From an uncultured Eubacteriales bacterium (GTDB lineage: Bacteria; Bacillota; Clostridia; Oscillospirales; CAG-382), in the NCBI GenBank assembly GCA_934444645.1, contig CAKSCV010000007.1:1447-65446 (forward strand): a DNA stretch of 64,000 nt, given 5' to 3'. A program made the position numbers and the translations under genes. Below are positions 35,493 through 45,027 of this stretch, one piece after another. Numbering within the stretch: position 1 is the stretch's first letter; the number at the start of each line of letters is the position of its first letter. The notes beneath the pieces are model-generated. The model was given only the letters and a program-made list of their open reading frames with translations. It was not told the origin of the DNA and did no database searches.

Positions 35493-36371
35493 ATGTTCCA
35501 AAGACACGAATGCAAGGGAATTTGCTATTTTACCAGCCCGCTTCTTTCGGAGGCCGGCTTTCGGCATATGTTCTGCACGCGCATGGGCGGCGTGAGTTCG
35601 GGCGATTTTGCGTCGCTCAACGTCAGCACGGCGCGCAAGGACCGGAGCGGATTTACCGATTCAGCGCGGAATGTCGAGGAAAACTATCGGCGGATCGCAG
35701 ATGTTTTGGGGCTGGCGCCGGAAAAAGCGTGTGCGGCCAAGCAGGTGCATTCCGACATTGTGTATACCGTGCAGCGCACGGATGGCGGCAAAGGCGTTTT
35801 GGAAGCTTTTCCGGTGCTTGACGGCTGCGACGGCGTGCTTTTGGAGCCCGACTGCGAAGAGATCGACGCGGTGTGCGTCAAAACGGCTGACTGTGTGCCG
35901 ATCTTGCTTGCCAACCGTGCGACCGGCGCAGTTTGTGCGGTTCATGCCGGTTGGCGCGGCAGTGCGGCGGATATTGTGACAAAGGCGGCAAAGACGCTTG
36001 CTCACGGCTGTATGGAACATATTTTAGCGGCGATCGGACCTTGTATCGGCAGGTGTCACTATGAGGTCGGCGAGGAGGTATATGCGGCGTTTGCGCGTCT
36101 GCTTCGCTCGAAAGATGCAGTGAGCGACATTGACCGCTATGTGCCGGTTTTTCCCTCCTGCTCGATGGGCGGAAAGCGTCATGCCGATCTTGCCGGGATC
36201 AATCGCGCACTTTTGGAATACAGCGGCGTTCCTGCGGGCAATATAGAGGTGAGCGGCTTCTGCACCTGCTGCAAAACGGATGAAACGACCGGCGAAAAGC
36301 TGTTCTTTTCGCATCGTGCAAGCGGCGGCTTTTCGGGAACCTTTGCCAGCGTGATTTGTGCGCGCAAATAA
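35493..36371 (+). CDS. pgeF: Peptidoglycan editing factor PgeF / YfiH-family (DUF152, laccase-domain) protein
   Basis: QVHSD, TADCVPIL, AVHAGWRG, CTCC...FFSHR motifs. Confidence 0.8.
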   Translation: MFQRHECKGICYFTSPLLSEAGFRHMFCTRMGGVSSGDFASLNVSTARKDRSGFTDSARNVEENYRRIADVLGLAPEKACAAKQVHSDIVYTVQRTDGGKGVLEAFPVLDGCDGVLLEPDCEEIDAVCVKTADCVPILLANRATGAVCAVHAGWRGSAADIVTKAAKTLAHGCMEHILAAIGPCIGRCHYEVGEEVYAAFARLLRSKDAVSDIDRYVPVFPSCSMGGKRHADLAGINRALLEYSGVPAGNIEVSGFCTCCKTDETTGEKLFFSHRASGGFSGTFASVICARK

Positions 36372-36482
36372 AGCGGCTGCCGCAAAGGTGAGCCGAATCG
36401 GGCAAAAAACGCGGCGAAACGCAAAAAAGTTCCTTTGTCGAAAAAAACAGGTGGAATTTTTCGAAAAAAGTGAAAAAAGTCC

Positions 36483-36511
36483 TTGACAAATTGCGTTCTC
36501 TATGGTATACT
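36483..36511 (+). promoter_or_regulatory. Promoter of the tRNA cluster with an A-rich UP-like region
   Basis: TTGACA, 17 nt spacer, TGgTATACT. Preceded by AAAAAAGTGAAAAAAGT. Confidence 0.6.
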
Positions 36512-36579
36512 ACTCAAGCAGTGTTGCAAAGGGAGTGTTCCCGAAGCAAAGGTGACAGCCAAAACGGTACGCACAACAC

Positions 36580-36655
36580 AGGGGAATAGCTCAGCTGGTA
36601 GAGCAGCGGTCTCCAAAACCGCGTGCCGAGGGTTCGAATCCTTCTTCCCCTGCCA
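36580..36655 (+). tRNA. tRNA-Trp (anticodon CCA)
   Basis: Acceptor AGGGGAA/TTCCCCT, anticodon loop CTCCAAA, T arm GGTTCGAATCC, encoded CCA. Confidence 0.9.
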
Positions 36656-36693
36656 GTTTTCCGGAAATGCTCGGAAAGCTTATCAAATCATCC

Positions 36694-36769
36694 GCGGATT
36701 TAGCTCATTTGGTAGAGCGCGACCTTGCCAAGGTCGAGGTGGCGGGTTCGAGCCCCGTAATCCGCTCCA
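36694..36769 (+). tRNA. tRNA-Gly (anticodon GCC)
   Basis: Cloverleaf folded by hand. Anticodon loop TTGCCAA, T arm GGTTCGAGCCC, encoded CCA. Confidence 0.9.
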
Positions 36770-36867
36770 GCGGCAATGTGCCGCAGCAAAACACAAAAAT
36801 GTGTGCGTGAAAAATTCACGGTGCGCAAACAGATTTGACCGTATTGTCCCAAGCGCGTTTTATTCCC

Positions 36868-36943
36868 GGAGGGTTAGCTCAGCTGGGAGAGCATCTGCCT
36901 TACAAGCAGAGGGTCACAGGTTCGAGCCCTGTACCCTCCACCA
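36868..36943 (+). tRNA. tRNA-Val (anticodon TAC)
   Basis: Acceptor GGAGGGT/ACCCTCC, anticodon loop CTTACAA, encoded CCA. Confidence 0.9.
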
Positions 36944-36947
36944 TTAC

Positions 36948-37024
36948 GGTCCGGTAGTTCAGTTGGTTAGAACGCCAGCCTGTCACGCTGGAGGTCGTGG
37001 GTTCGAGCCCCATCCGGATCGCCA
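36948..37024 (+). tRNA. tRNA-Asp (anticodon GTC)
   Basis: GGTCCGGTAGTTCAGTTGGTTAGAAC..., anticodon loop CTGTCAC, encoded CCA. Lies 4 nt after tRNA-Val. Confidence 0.9.
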
Positions 37025-37058
37025 CTTTATTTGAACAGCGGCATGTGTTTCTGTTTAC

Positions 37059-37134
37059 GCCTCTGTAGCTCAGTTGGTAGAGCAGGGGACTGAAAATCCC
37101 CGTGTCGTTGGTTCAATTCCGACCGGAGGCACCA
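37059..37134 (+). tRNA. tRNA-Phe (anticodon GAA)
   Basis: Anticodon loop CTGAAAA, T arm GGTTCAATTCC, encoded CCA. Confidence 0.9.
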
Positions 37135-37163
37135 GCCGGTATCGAAATAAGGTGCGGCTACCT

Positions 37164-37239
37164 GCGGATTTAGCTCATTTGGTAGAGCGCGACCTTGCCA
37201 AGGTCGAGGTGGCGGGTTCGAGCCCCGTAATCCGCTCCA
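37164..37239 (+). tRNA. tRNA-Gly (anticodon GCC), second identical copy
   Basis: Identical to 36694-36769. Confidence 0.9.
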
Positions 37240-37321
37240 ATGGCGAAAGCCATAGCAATACGTGCTGCATACCGAGCAGCAAACAAAAAGAACAGCGTTT
37301 CCCGAGACGCAGACGTGAGAT

Positions 37322-37396
<75 letters not shown>

Positions 37397-37411
37397 TTCT
37401 TTTTTATGTAT

Positions 37412-37487
37412 GCCTCTGTAGCTCAGTTGGTAGAGCAGGGGACTGAAAATCCCCGTGTCGTTGGTTCAATTCCGACCGGAGGCACCA
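37412..37487 (+). tRNA. tRNA-Phe (anticodon GAA), second identical copy
   Basis: Identical to 37059-37134. Confidence 0.9.
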
Positions 37488-37530
37488 CCCGTTTGGGTTG
37501 TGTTATCATGCATCCGAAACGGACAAGTAC

Positions 37531-37607
37531 GGTCCGGTAGTTCAGTTGGTTAGAACGCCAGCCTGTCACGCTGGAGGTCGTGGGTTCGAGCCCCATCCGG
37601 ATCGCCA
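37531..37607 (+). tRNA. tRNA-Asp (anticodon GTC), second identical copy
   Basis: Identical to 36948-37024. Confidence 0.9.
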
Positions 37608-37638
37608 GCCTTCGGGCAAAACAAAATATTCTGCCTAT

Positions 37639-37714
<76 letters not shown>

Positions 37715-37715
37715 C

Positions 37716-37756
37716 AAAGCCCTGAAACAAGATTCGTTTCAGGGCTTTGTTTTTTG
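37716..37756 (+). terminator. Rho-independent terminator of the tRNA cluster
   Basis: AAAGCCCTGAAAC / GTTTCAGGGCTTT 13-bp stem followed by GTTTTTTG. Confidence 0.8.
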
Positions 37757-37826
37757 TGTTTTTTATCAGAAAATGTGTTTGGGACAGAAAAAGGCCTGCG
37801 AATGTTCGCAAGCCTTTTTGTTTCGT

Positions 37827-39185
37827 CTAACCGAGCAGTCCGAACAGATTCCATAAGCTTTTGCTTTTGGCGCTTTGGGATACCCGATCGGTTTCGGCAA
37901 GATAACGCTGCATATTGCAGAGGATTTCGGCGGTTTCGGCGCGTGTCACCGTTTGTGCGGGCATTAACTCTCCAAAGCCGGTACCGTTGAAAATGCCGCA
38001 GCCGGTTACTTTGGAAAGCGACCGGTCGGCCCACGTCGGAACAGCGCTGCAATCGACAAACGTTGTCATGGCACTTGCGTCTTCGGACGTTTCGGGAAGC
38101 GAAAGAATGCGGTCAATCATAACAGCGGCTTCGGAGCGCGTGATCGGCGAAGCACTGGCAAAGCACGTGCGGCCGGTCTCGTCGGTATAGCCGGAGACAA
38201 TGCCGTGCTCTTTGGCATACGCAGCATAGCTTTTGATATTGACAGGGATGGCAGCATCGTCGGCAAAGGCAGTTTGTGCCGTAAATTCGATGTTTGATTC
38301 TTTTCCGGCGGCAATCAGTGCCATGGCAAGAAAATCGCCGCGGCTGACCGGTTCATTCGGCAAAAACAGCGTTTTTCCGGTTTCCGTGTCGGTAACGCCG
38401 CTCATAAGCCCTTGCGCGGAAATGTTCAAAGCGGAATTATGCGCCCAATGCTCGGTCATATCGGCATAATCGATATCGCTTGCCGCTTTGGTGACCGTGA
38501 CGGTGACCTTGGCCGGCACACTCTTGTTGCCATAGCAGTCGGTGGCGGTATAGGAAAACGAATCCGTGCCGGTATAGCCTTTTTGCGGCGTATAGGAAAA
38601 ATAGCCATCGGAATTTTTGGCAATCTTTACGGTACCGTGCGCCGGGTATGAGAGAATTTCAAATTGCATGGCGTCGTTTTCGGGATCGGCGGCTTTGAGA
38701 AATTTGAAGGCGGAAACATCCTTGCCGGTGGTCAGGCTTTGCGCACCGACCGCCGGTGCCAGATTCACCTCATTCAGGAGATTCACGGCGCAGGTGACTT
38801 CAACGGCACTTTGCTTGGCAGTGGCGTTGGAAAAGGTGAATGCGGCAAAACGGACGGTGTCGTCGGTCGGCATAAAGGATATTTTATCGTAATCGGCGCG
38901 TGCGATTAACTGATTTTCACTGATCGGTGCGCTGCCGACAAGCAGGGTACCTTCCGCAAGGGTCGGCAGGGAATCCATGCGGATAAATTCGCTTTTTGAA
39001 CAAAGCACTTGGTCGAAATCCGCGCTTTCAAAACGAACCGGTGTGCCGATCACGCCGCACTTCTGTAAGCGGATCTGCTTTTCGAGGCTTGTCATGGCAG
39101 GGCTTAACAATACGGCACCGACGGCAAGGCTAAGCGACAACAGGCACACGGCAAGGGCTGCAAGCTTTTTTGAACGGGTTGACAT
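37827..39185 (-). CDS. Cell-wall-anchored surface protein with an Ig/cadherin-like domain and three C-terminal SLH domains
   Basis: Signal anchor MSTRSKKLAALAVCLLSLSLAVGAVLL. An Ig/cadherin-like domain (HGTVKIAKNSDGYFSYTPQKGYTGTDSFSYTATDCYGNKS). Three SLH-like repeats (e.g. FLPNEPVSRGDFLAMALIA, ASPITRSEAAVMIDRIL, TVTRAETAEILCNM). Confidence 0.75.
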   Translation of the reverse strand: MSTRSKKLAALAVCLLSLSLAVGAVLLSPAMTSLEKQIRLQKCGVIGTPVRFESADFDQVLCSKSEFIRMDSLPTLAEGTLLVGSAPISENQLIARADYDKISFMPTDDTVRFAAFTFSNATAKQSAVEVTCAVNLLNEVNLAPAVGAQSLTTGKDVSAFKFLKAADPENDAMQFEILSYPAHGTVKIAKNSDGYFSYTPQKGYTGTDSFSYTATDCYGNKSVPAKVTVTVTKAASDIDYADMTEHWAHNSALNISAQGLMSGVTDTETGKTLFLPNEPVSRGDFLAMALIAAGKESNIEFTAQTAFADDAAIPVNIKSYAAYAKEHGIVSGYTDETGRTCFASASPITRSEAAVMIDRILSLPETSEDASAMTTFVDCSAVPTWADRSLSKVTGCGIFNGTGFGELMPAQTVTRAETAEILCNMQRYLAETDRVSQSAKSKSLWNLFGLLG

Positions 39186-39299
39186 AAGGGAATCCTTCCT
39201 TTCTTCGCTCGTTTGCGTTCGCACATAGTATTTTCCGCTCAAGTTAAGATTATACAAAAGAATCACGGCAAACATTTTTATAGAGCTTAAAACAGAAAG

Positions 39300-39340
39300 C
39301 CAAAAAGCGCACAGGATTTTTATAAATCCTGTGCGCTTCC
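39300..39340 (-). terminator. Intrinsic terminator after the TRAP permease gene
   Basis: AAGCGCACAGGAT / ATCCTGTGCGCTT stem, with a T-run on the minus strand. Confidence 0.7.
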
Positions 39341-39360
39341 TTTATAAGTTGGTGGTTGTG

Positions 39361-41514
39361 TTACGCGTTCAGCTTTTTCTTATCGGCGCGCGTGCTGACA
39401 ATCTGAAGAATTGTCACCGCCGCGACAAGCACGATGCCGATACTATCGGAAATCACGCCGGGGTAAATCATGAGCAGACCGCCGATAATGAGCGGAATGG
39501 TCTCATAAATGCGCAGCTTGCGGAACATATAGCGTTCCAAACCGGCGGACAGCGCGAAAATACCGACGCAAGAGGTGATGATAATGACGATGATTTCAGG
39601 TGCAGAGGCATCGATAAACAGCATTTTCGGGTTGAAGGCGAAGATGTACGGAATGATGAATGCGGTAATGGCAAGCCGTGTGGCGGTAACGCCTGTTTTG
39701 AATGGATTGGAATGCGCGATGGCACTGCCGGCATAAGCGGCAAGTGCGACCGGCGGCGTGATATCCGCAACGATGCCGAAATAGAACACAAACATATGCG
39801 CCGCAAGCGTCGGAAGACCCATTTGGATCATGATCGGTGCGGTGATGGTCGCCATGATGAGGTAGTTCGCCGTGGTCGGCACGCCCATGCCGAGCACGAT
39901 GCACGCGACCATGGTTAAGAACAGGGCAAGAAACAGATTATTTTTGGCAATCGGAACGATGACGCCGATGAGCGTCGAACCGAGACTGGTTAACGTTACG
40001 ATACCTGCCACGATTCCGGCAAGGCCGCAGGCCAGCGACACGCCCATGGTATTGCGGACACCGGATTCGATGGCTTCCAACGAAAGCACGCCGGATTCGC
40101 GCGTCTGTTTGCCGCAGAAGGAAACGACGATATAGATAAGACCTGCCAAAATGGCGGCGTTTTCCATTTTAATGTTCAGGACGAACATAAAGACGATAAA
40201 AGCGATGATCGGCAAGACAAGTAAAACGGTATCGATAATATCCGATTTGGTGTCTTCGCCGTGACTCAGCTTTTTCACCATTTTCACAACGTCCGTCACG
40301 AGCATGAGAGCCATGGTCGTGAGGATGGCCATGCAAGCGGATTGTGCCGGTGTGCGGTTAAAGGACATCAGAACGACAAGCACGACAATCGGCAGGAACA
40401 GATAGCCCTTGCGGAAGAACAGCTTGAAAAAGTTCGGAATGCTCTCTTTGGGCAAGCCCTTGAGGCCGAGCTTTTTGGCTTCAAAATGGATCATCATGAA
40501 AATACCGGCAAAGTAGAGGATAGCCGGCAGAATGGCAGCGACGGCGATGGTGACATACGGGATGCCGGTGATTTCGCTCATAAGGAACGCCGCAGCACCC
40601 ATGATCGGCGGCATGATCTGACCGCCCGTGGAAGCGGCGGCTTCAACGGCGGCGGCAAACTCCGGCTTATAGCCGATGCTCTTCATGACCGGGATGGTGA
40701 CGCTGCCGCTGCCGACGGTGTTGGCAACCGAGCTTCCCGAATACATTCCTTCGAGAGCCGACGAGATGACCGCCACCTTGGCAGGACCGCCCGTGGCATA
40801 ACCTGCCACGGAGTTTGCAAGGTCGACGAAAAAGCCGCCGATACCGGTTTTTTCAAGGAAGGAACCCAAAATGATGAAGAACACGATGAAGGTCGAGCAG
40901 ACGTTGAGCGGCGTGCCCAAAATGCCGCCGGTCGTGTAAAACAGGTTGTACAGAACGGATTGCAGGGATTTTCCGTAGATAAAGGCATAGGCGATGAAAC
41001 CGCCGGCAACAAAGAGGATCGGAATACCGACGGCTCTGCGGCACAGCTCGAACAAGCACAGAATGCCGATGACGGCCATGACCTTATCGAGGGTGTTTAG
41101 TGCGACGGCACGATATGTAATCTCTTTGAAGTTGATGGCGTAATAAAAATACGGCGTTGTGCCGACGACGGCAAAGAGAAAATCATACCACGGGATAAAA
41201 TTGATTTTTTTGGTTTGTTTTTTGTATAACGGATAAATCAAAAAGCCCAAGAAGATGATAATGCCTAAGAATATGGACATACGCACCTGTTCGGGAAAGG
41301 TGAAGAAGCGCGTGAAAAAGATAAAGCCGGCGAAGGCGAGAAAGGCGATTTTGATGAGCAGACCGAAAATGCCGGTGAATTGACGCGTGTTGGATTCACG
41401 GTCAAATTCCGCCATCAGCTCGTCGGCACTTTTGGTATTGGCTTCGCCGTCGGCGATGTGTGCGCTCATTTGAGCGTCGGCGACGGGCGAAGATTTTTCT
41501 TTTTTCTGGGACAA
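39361..41514 (-). CDS. TAXI-type TRAP transporter fused permease (DctQ-DctM fusion)
   Basis: Roughly 717-aa polytopic protein downstream of the TAXI SBP and DUF1850 genes. I prefer the TTG start at 41514, 7 nt after AAAGGAGGA. The ORF-track start at 41547 is also TTG. Confidence 0.85.
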   Translation of the reverse strand: MSQKKEKSSPVADAQMSAHIADGEANTKSADELMAEFDRESNTRQFTGIFGLLIKIAFLAFAGFIFFTRFFTFPEQVRMSIFLGIIIFLGFLIYPLYKKQTKKINFIPWYDFLFAVVGTTPYFYYAINFKEITYRAVALNTLDKVMAVIGILCLFELCRRAVGIPILFVAGGFIAYAFIYGKSLQSVLYNLFYTTGGILGTPLNVCSTFIVFFIILGSFLEKTGIGGFFVDLANSVAGYATGGPAKVAVISSALEGMYSGSSVANTVGSGSVTIPVMKSIGYKPEFAAAVEAAASTGGQIMPPIMGAAAFLMSEITGIPYVTIAVAAILPAILYFAGIFMMIHFEAKKLGLKGLPKESIPNFFKLFFRKGYLFLPIVVLVVLMSFNRTPAQSACMAILTTMALMLVTDVVKMVKKLSHGEDTKSDIIDTVLLVLPIIAFIVFMFVLNIKMENAAILAGLIYIVVSFCGKQTRESGVLSLEAIESGVRNTMGVSLACGLAGIVAGIVTLTSLGSTLIGVIVPIAKNNLFLALFLTMVACIVLGMGVPTTANYLIMATITAPIMIQMGLPTLAAHMFVFYFGIVADITPPVALAAYAGSAIAHSNPFKTGVTATRLAITAFIIPYIFAFNPKMLFIDASAPEIIVIIITSCVGIFALSAGLERYMFRKLRIYETIPLIIGGLLMIYPGVISDSIGIVLVAAVTILQIVSTRADKKKLNA

Positions 41515-41552
41515 GGGAGTTCCTCCTTTGGTTGTGATACGGGACAAACGGC

Positions 41553-42038
41553 TTAAGCGAGGCGAAAGCCGATGTGTGCGTTCCTGCCGCAGAGAGCGGT
41601 GAGGCTTATGGTTTTGCCGTGAACGGCAAGCACATGATCATATACGGTTCCCACGATGTATTTCACTTGCGGAAAAACCGTGTCGAAACCGGATACGACC
41701 ATGTTTCCGTCACTGTCATAGGTGAGCGTTTCGCCGGGTGACAGTGTGCTTTCGACGCCGGCGCCGAAAGCCGCATAAATCGTGCGGTCGGCATAAATTT
41801 TGCCGTTTTTGACGACAAAGACGTCGGTGACGGGGCTTTGGTTGACCGAATGGACAAAGGTGACCGCAAACTCGGTGCCTTCCGGCGCGGAAAAGCTGCG
41901 ATAGACTTTGCCGGTCTCGGTGTTGTACAGCTCCAAACGGCGCGGACGCAGAACGAAAATGAAAAGAAGCGCGGTGCATAACAGAGCCACAGCCGTAACC
42001 GCTTTGGCAGCTACGGCTGTGACGGTGGTCTTTTTCAT
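41553..42038 (-). CDS. DUF1850 domain-containing protein (TAXI-TRAP associated)
   Basis: N-terminal TM helix followed by a beta-rich domain (FAVTFVHSVNQSPVTDVFVV). Sits between the TAXI SBP and the permease, as is typical of this family. Confidence 0.7.
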   Translation of the reverse strand: MKKTTVTAVAAKAVTAVALLCTALLFIFVLRPRRLELYNTETGKVYRSFSAPEGTEFAVTFVHSVNQSPVTDVFVVKNGKIYADRTIYAAFGAGVESTLSPGETLTYDSDGNMVVSGFDTVFPQVKYIVGTVYDHVLAVHGKTISLTALCGRNAHIGFRLA

Positions 42039-42051
42039 AGAAAAAACGTGT

Positions 42052-43044
42052 TTACTTGATGACGCCGACTTCTTTGAAGTACTTTTCAGCACCCGGATGA
42101 AGCGGAATCTCTGCCGGGATACCGACGACGGCGGTATCGACATTCAATTCGGCACCCTTGGTATGAGCGGCGGCGATGGCATCCTTGTTTTCAAAGATGG
42201 CCTTGGTGATCTGGTAAACGGTTTCTTCCGAAACGTCGTTGTCAATGATGTAGGTGGCCATGACGGCGACGGTGTTCACATCCTCGGTCATGCCGTTATA
42301 GGTGGAAGCCGGAATGGCCTGACGGGTGTAGAAGCCGTACTGCTTGGAAAGCTCGGCGAACTTATCGTCGTCAACCGGAACGACCGTGATCTCGTGGCTC
42401 ATGGCGAGGTCTGTGATAGCGGTGGTCGGGATACCGGCAACGCAGAAGAAGGCGTCGATCTTTTCGTCCTTCAGAGCGTCTGCCGACGGACCGAAGCCGA
42501 GGTTCTGCTTGTTGATGTCTTTATCGATATCGATGCCGTAAGCGGCAAGAATCTGCTTGGCGTTGAATTCCACGCCGCTGCCTGCGTCGCCGACGGAGAC
42601 GCGCTTGCCGGCAAGGTCAGCAACCGACTGGACGCCGCTTTCCTTGGAAGCGATGATTTGGCAAAGCTCCGGATAAAGCGTTGCAACAGCCGAGAAATCC
42701 TTGGTTTGTGCGCCATTAAACAGGTCGGTGCCGGTGTAGGCGTAGTACATAACGTCGTTCTGAACGACAGCCATGTCGGCTTCGCCGGTCTGAATCAGCT
42801 GAATGTTGGCTTTGGAAGCACCGGTGGACTGAACGTCAAACTTGATGCCGGTCTTTTCCTGCAGAATGCTGCCCATGGCCATGCCGTACCCGTAGTAGGT
42901 ACCGGTGTTGCCGCCGGTGGCGAGAACGATTTTGGATGCGAGCGCATCGCCATCCTTGTTTTCCTGTTCTTTTTTGCCGCAGGAGCCGAGAAGCATACTT
43001 CCGGCAGTGAGAACGGCAAGAGCGAGTGCAAGACTCTTTTTCAT
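42052..43044 (-). CDS. TAXI family TRAP transporter solute-binding lipoprotein
   Basis: Lipobox LLGSCGK; motifs LATGGNTGTYYGYG and VQNDVMYYAY are typical of TAXI receptors. Confidence 0.85.
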   Translation of the reverse strand: MKKSLALALAVLTAGSMLLGSCGKKEQENKDGDALASKIVLATGGNTGTYYGYGMAMGSILQEKTGIKFDVQSTGASKANIQLIQTGEADMAVVQNDVMYYAYTGTDLFNGAQTKDFSAVATLYPELCQIIASKESGVQSVADLAGKRVSVGDAGSGVEFNAKQILAAYGIDIDKDINKQNLGFGPSADALKDEKIDAFFCVAGIPTTAITDLAMSHEITVVPVDDDKFAELSKQYGFYTRQAIPASTYNGMTEDVNTVAVMATYIIDNDVSEETVYQITKAIFENKDAIAAAHTKGAELNVDTAVVGIPAEIPLHPGAEKYFKEVGVIK

Positions 43045-43104
43045 ATTGATTTCCTCCGAAAATGTGTTTTTTTGAATTTTCCAAAAATGACTAATTCACA
43101 CATT

Positions 43105-43133
43105 ATTATAATAGGAAGAAAACCGTCTGTCAA
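43105..43133 (-). promoter_or_regulatory. Consensus sigma-70 promoter of the TAXI-TRAP operon
   Basis: Minus strand reads TTGACA, 17 nt spacer, TATAAT. Confidence 0.6.
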
Positions 43134-43151
43134 GAGTTCTGCAAAAAAAGC

Positions 43152-43184
43152 TGTGAAAACAGCCGATAATCGTTTGTTTTCACA
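43152..43184. promoter_or_regulatory. Candidate operator: perfect 10-bp inverted repeat TGTGAAAACA-N13-TGTTTTCACA
   Basis: Lies just upstream of the TAXI -35 in the divergent intergenic region. A third half-site, TGTGAAAAA, is at 43203-43211. Confidence 0.4.
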
Positions 43185-43361
43185 AAAAGCGGCGATAATT
43201 TTTGTGAAAAATGTGGAAATTACAGGGCGAATTTTACGGGTGATTTTTGAAAATATGCAGGAATGCAAAATGAATTGTGCAGAAAAGCGGAAACTGCGGT
43301 TGACGGATATTCTCATTTGACCGCAAAAAGTGACGCTTTCTATCCTTTTTGATGAGAGTGC

Positions 43362-43390
43362 TTGCAAAAAAGCGGGAAATATGCTACAAT
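43362..43390 (+). promoter_or_regulatory. Sigma-70-type promoter (extended -10) for the 43432 gene
   Basis: TTGCAA, 17 nt spacer, TGcTACAAT. Confidence 0.55.
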
Positions 43391-43431
43391 AAGAAAAAAT
43401 AGCCCGTGTGGGTGTGAAATGAGGCAGAACG

Positions 43432-44937
43432 ATGAATCTTGTTACCATCATGAATTTTGTCCGCGGTGTGGAGCCGCGCAACCCGAACTTGGATCTGTTG
43501 GAACCGGTGGTCAATCAGATCGCCTTAAATAAAGCCTATGGTTTTGACAACACATTTCTATTGCAGTATGATGCACTCATCGACCCGAAATTCCAAGAGT
43601 TGTTTTCGGCAGAGCGCGACCAACACATGGAACTCGGCATTTGGTTCGAGGTGGTGCAGCCGCTTGTCGAAAAGGTCGGCATCCAATGGCGCGGCAGACC
43701 CGGCTATGCGTGGGATTGGTATGTGAATCCGGGTTTCCTTCCGGCGTATACGCATGACGAAAAAATCGCGATGATCGATGAATTCATGGAGACATTCCGC
43801 GCGATCTTCGGTGCATATCCGCAGTCGGTCGGCTCGTGGCTGCTCGATATCGATTCGGTTCGCTACATGACGGAAAAATATGCTATCCGCTATTTCGGCA
43901 TCTGCCGCGAGCAGTTGGCGGTGGACGCTTACACGCTCTGGGGCGGTCCGTATAACCAACCGTATTACCCGTCGGTACACAATATCCTTTGCCCGGCGCA
44001 GAACGCTGAAAATCAGGTAAACGCACCGGTGTTCCGGCTTCTCGGCATTGAGCCGATCCGCGGCTACAATGAAAAACGGTATGCCAAGGATCCTGAATGC
44101 TATGGCTGTGCGACCATGGAGCCGTTCTGGAAATACGGCCAAAACAAGGACTATATGGAATGGTTCTTCAAGACCTATTTCGACAACGAAAACTTAGGGC
44201 TTGCCTATACGCAGATCGGTCAAGAGAACAGCTTCGGCTGGAAGGGCATGAAGGATGGTCTTACGCTGCAGCTGGCACTTGTCAAACGCTATGCCGACCA
44301 AGGCAAAATCCGGGTCGTCAAGACAAGCGAAGCCGGCAGGCTGTTTGCCGAGGCAAATACGCTTACGCCGCCGGCGGCACTTTGTGCCGACACCGATCCG
44401 GTCGGTCAAAACGGCTACAAATCGTTCTGGTACACCTCGAAAAATTACCGCGCCAACGTCTTTTTTGAAGGCGAAACGCTGTATTTCCGGGATATTCAGA
44501 AGTTTGACGAACGCTATACCGAACGCTATCTCGATGAGCCGTGCTTAAAATGGGATGCGGTGTACGACAACCTGCCGGTCGCGGATGAACGCGGTTGGAG
44601 CTTTGAAAAGGATTCGCACGATGCCGGTTTGGATTTTGACGGAGCGTTTGTGTTTGAGGGCGTCGAACGGGACGGCAGCGCACTTGCGGTTACGGCACGT
44701 GCCGCAGACGGTAAAAAAATCACGATTCGTTTGTCCGAATCCGAAATCACCGTTTCGGGCGGCGCGGTATTGCGGTGGCGTTTCGGCAAGTTTGCGGATT
44801 TTGCGGCAGACAAGGATGGCGTAAGCTTTACGCATAACGGCTTTTCCTATCGTGTCGGCGTGAAAGGCGTTCTTACGGCCGAGCAAAAGGATCTGATACT
44901 AACCGGTGAAGATATCACGCTTGCAATGGCGGAATAA
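43432..44937 (+). CDS. Hypothetical protein, possibly a carbohydrate-processing enzyme
   Basis: 501-aa ORF with normal soluble-protein composition and its own promoter and terminator. No signal peptide. The family was not identified by eye. Confidence 0.55.
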   Translation: MNLVTIMNFVRGVEPRNPNLDLLEPVVNQIALNKAYGFDNTFLLQYDALIDPKFQELFSAERDQHMELGIWFEVVQPLVEKVGIQWRGRPGYAWDWYVNPGFLPAYTHDEKIAMIDEFMETFRAIFGAYPQSVGSWLLDIDSVRYMTEKYAIRYFGICREQLAVDAYTLWGGPYNQPYYPSVHNILCPAQNAENQVNAPVFRLLGIEPIRGYNEKRYAKDPECYGCATMEPFWKYGQNKDYMEWFFKTYFDNENLGLAYTQIGQENSFGWKGMKDGLTLQLALVKRYADQGKIRVVKTSEAGRLFAEANTLTPPAALCADTDPVGQNGYKSFWYTSKNYRANVFFEGETLYFRDIQKFDERYTERYLDEPCLKWDAVYDNLPVADERGWSFEKDSHDAGLDFDGAFVFEGVERDGSALAVTARAADGKKITIRLSESEITVSGGAVLRWRFGKFADFAADKDGVSFTHNGFSYRVGVKGVLTAEQKDLILTGEDITLAMAE

Positions 44938-44948
44938 AGAAAATTTCA

Positions 44949-44987
44949 AAAAAGCGGCGGCTGTGATTTGGTCACAGCCGCCTTTTT
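44949..44987. terminator. Bidirectional intrinsic terminator (43432 gene / addB convergent pair)
   Basis: AAAAAGCGGCGGCTGTGA / TCACAGCCGCCTTTTT long stem flanked by A and T runs. Confidence 0.8.
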
Positions 44988-45027
44988 AACAGTTCGGACG
45001 TCCGAACAAACAACTCTTCCGGCGCAC

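Noticed and set aside
39331-43320. Plus-strand ORFs lie antisense to the TAXI-TRAP operon (39331-39918, 40261-41100, 41908-43320).
   Set aside because: They are opposite strongly supported transporter genes. They have low-complexity Gly/Arg/Asp-rich translations and no RBS.
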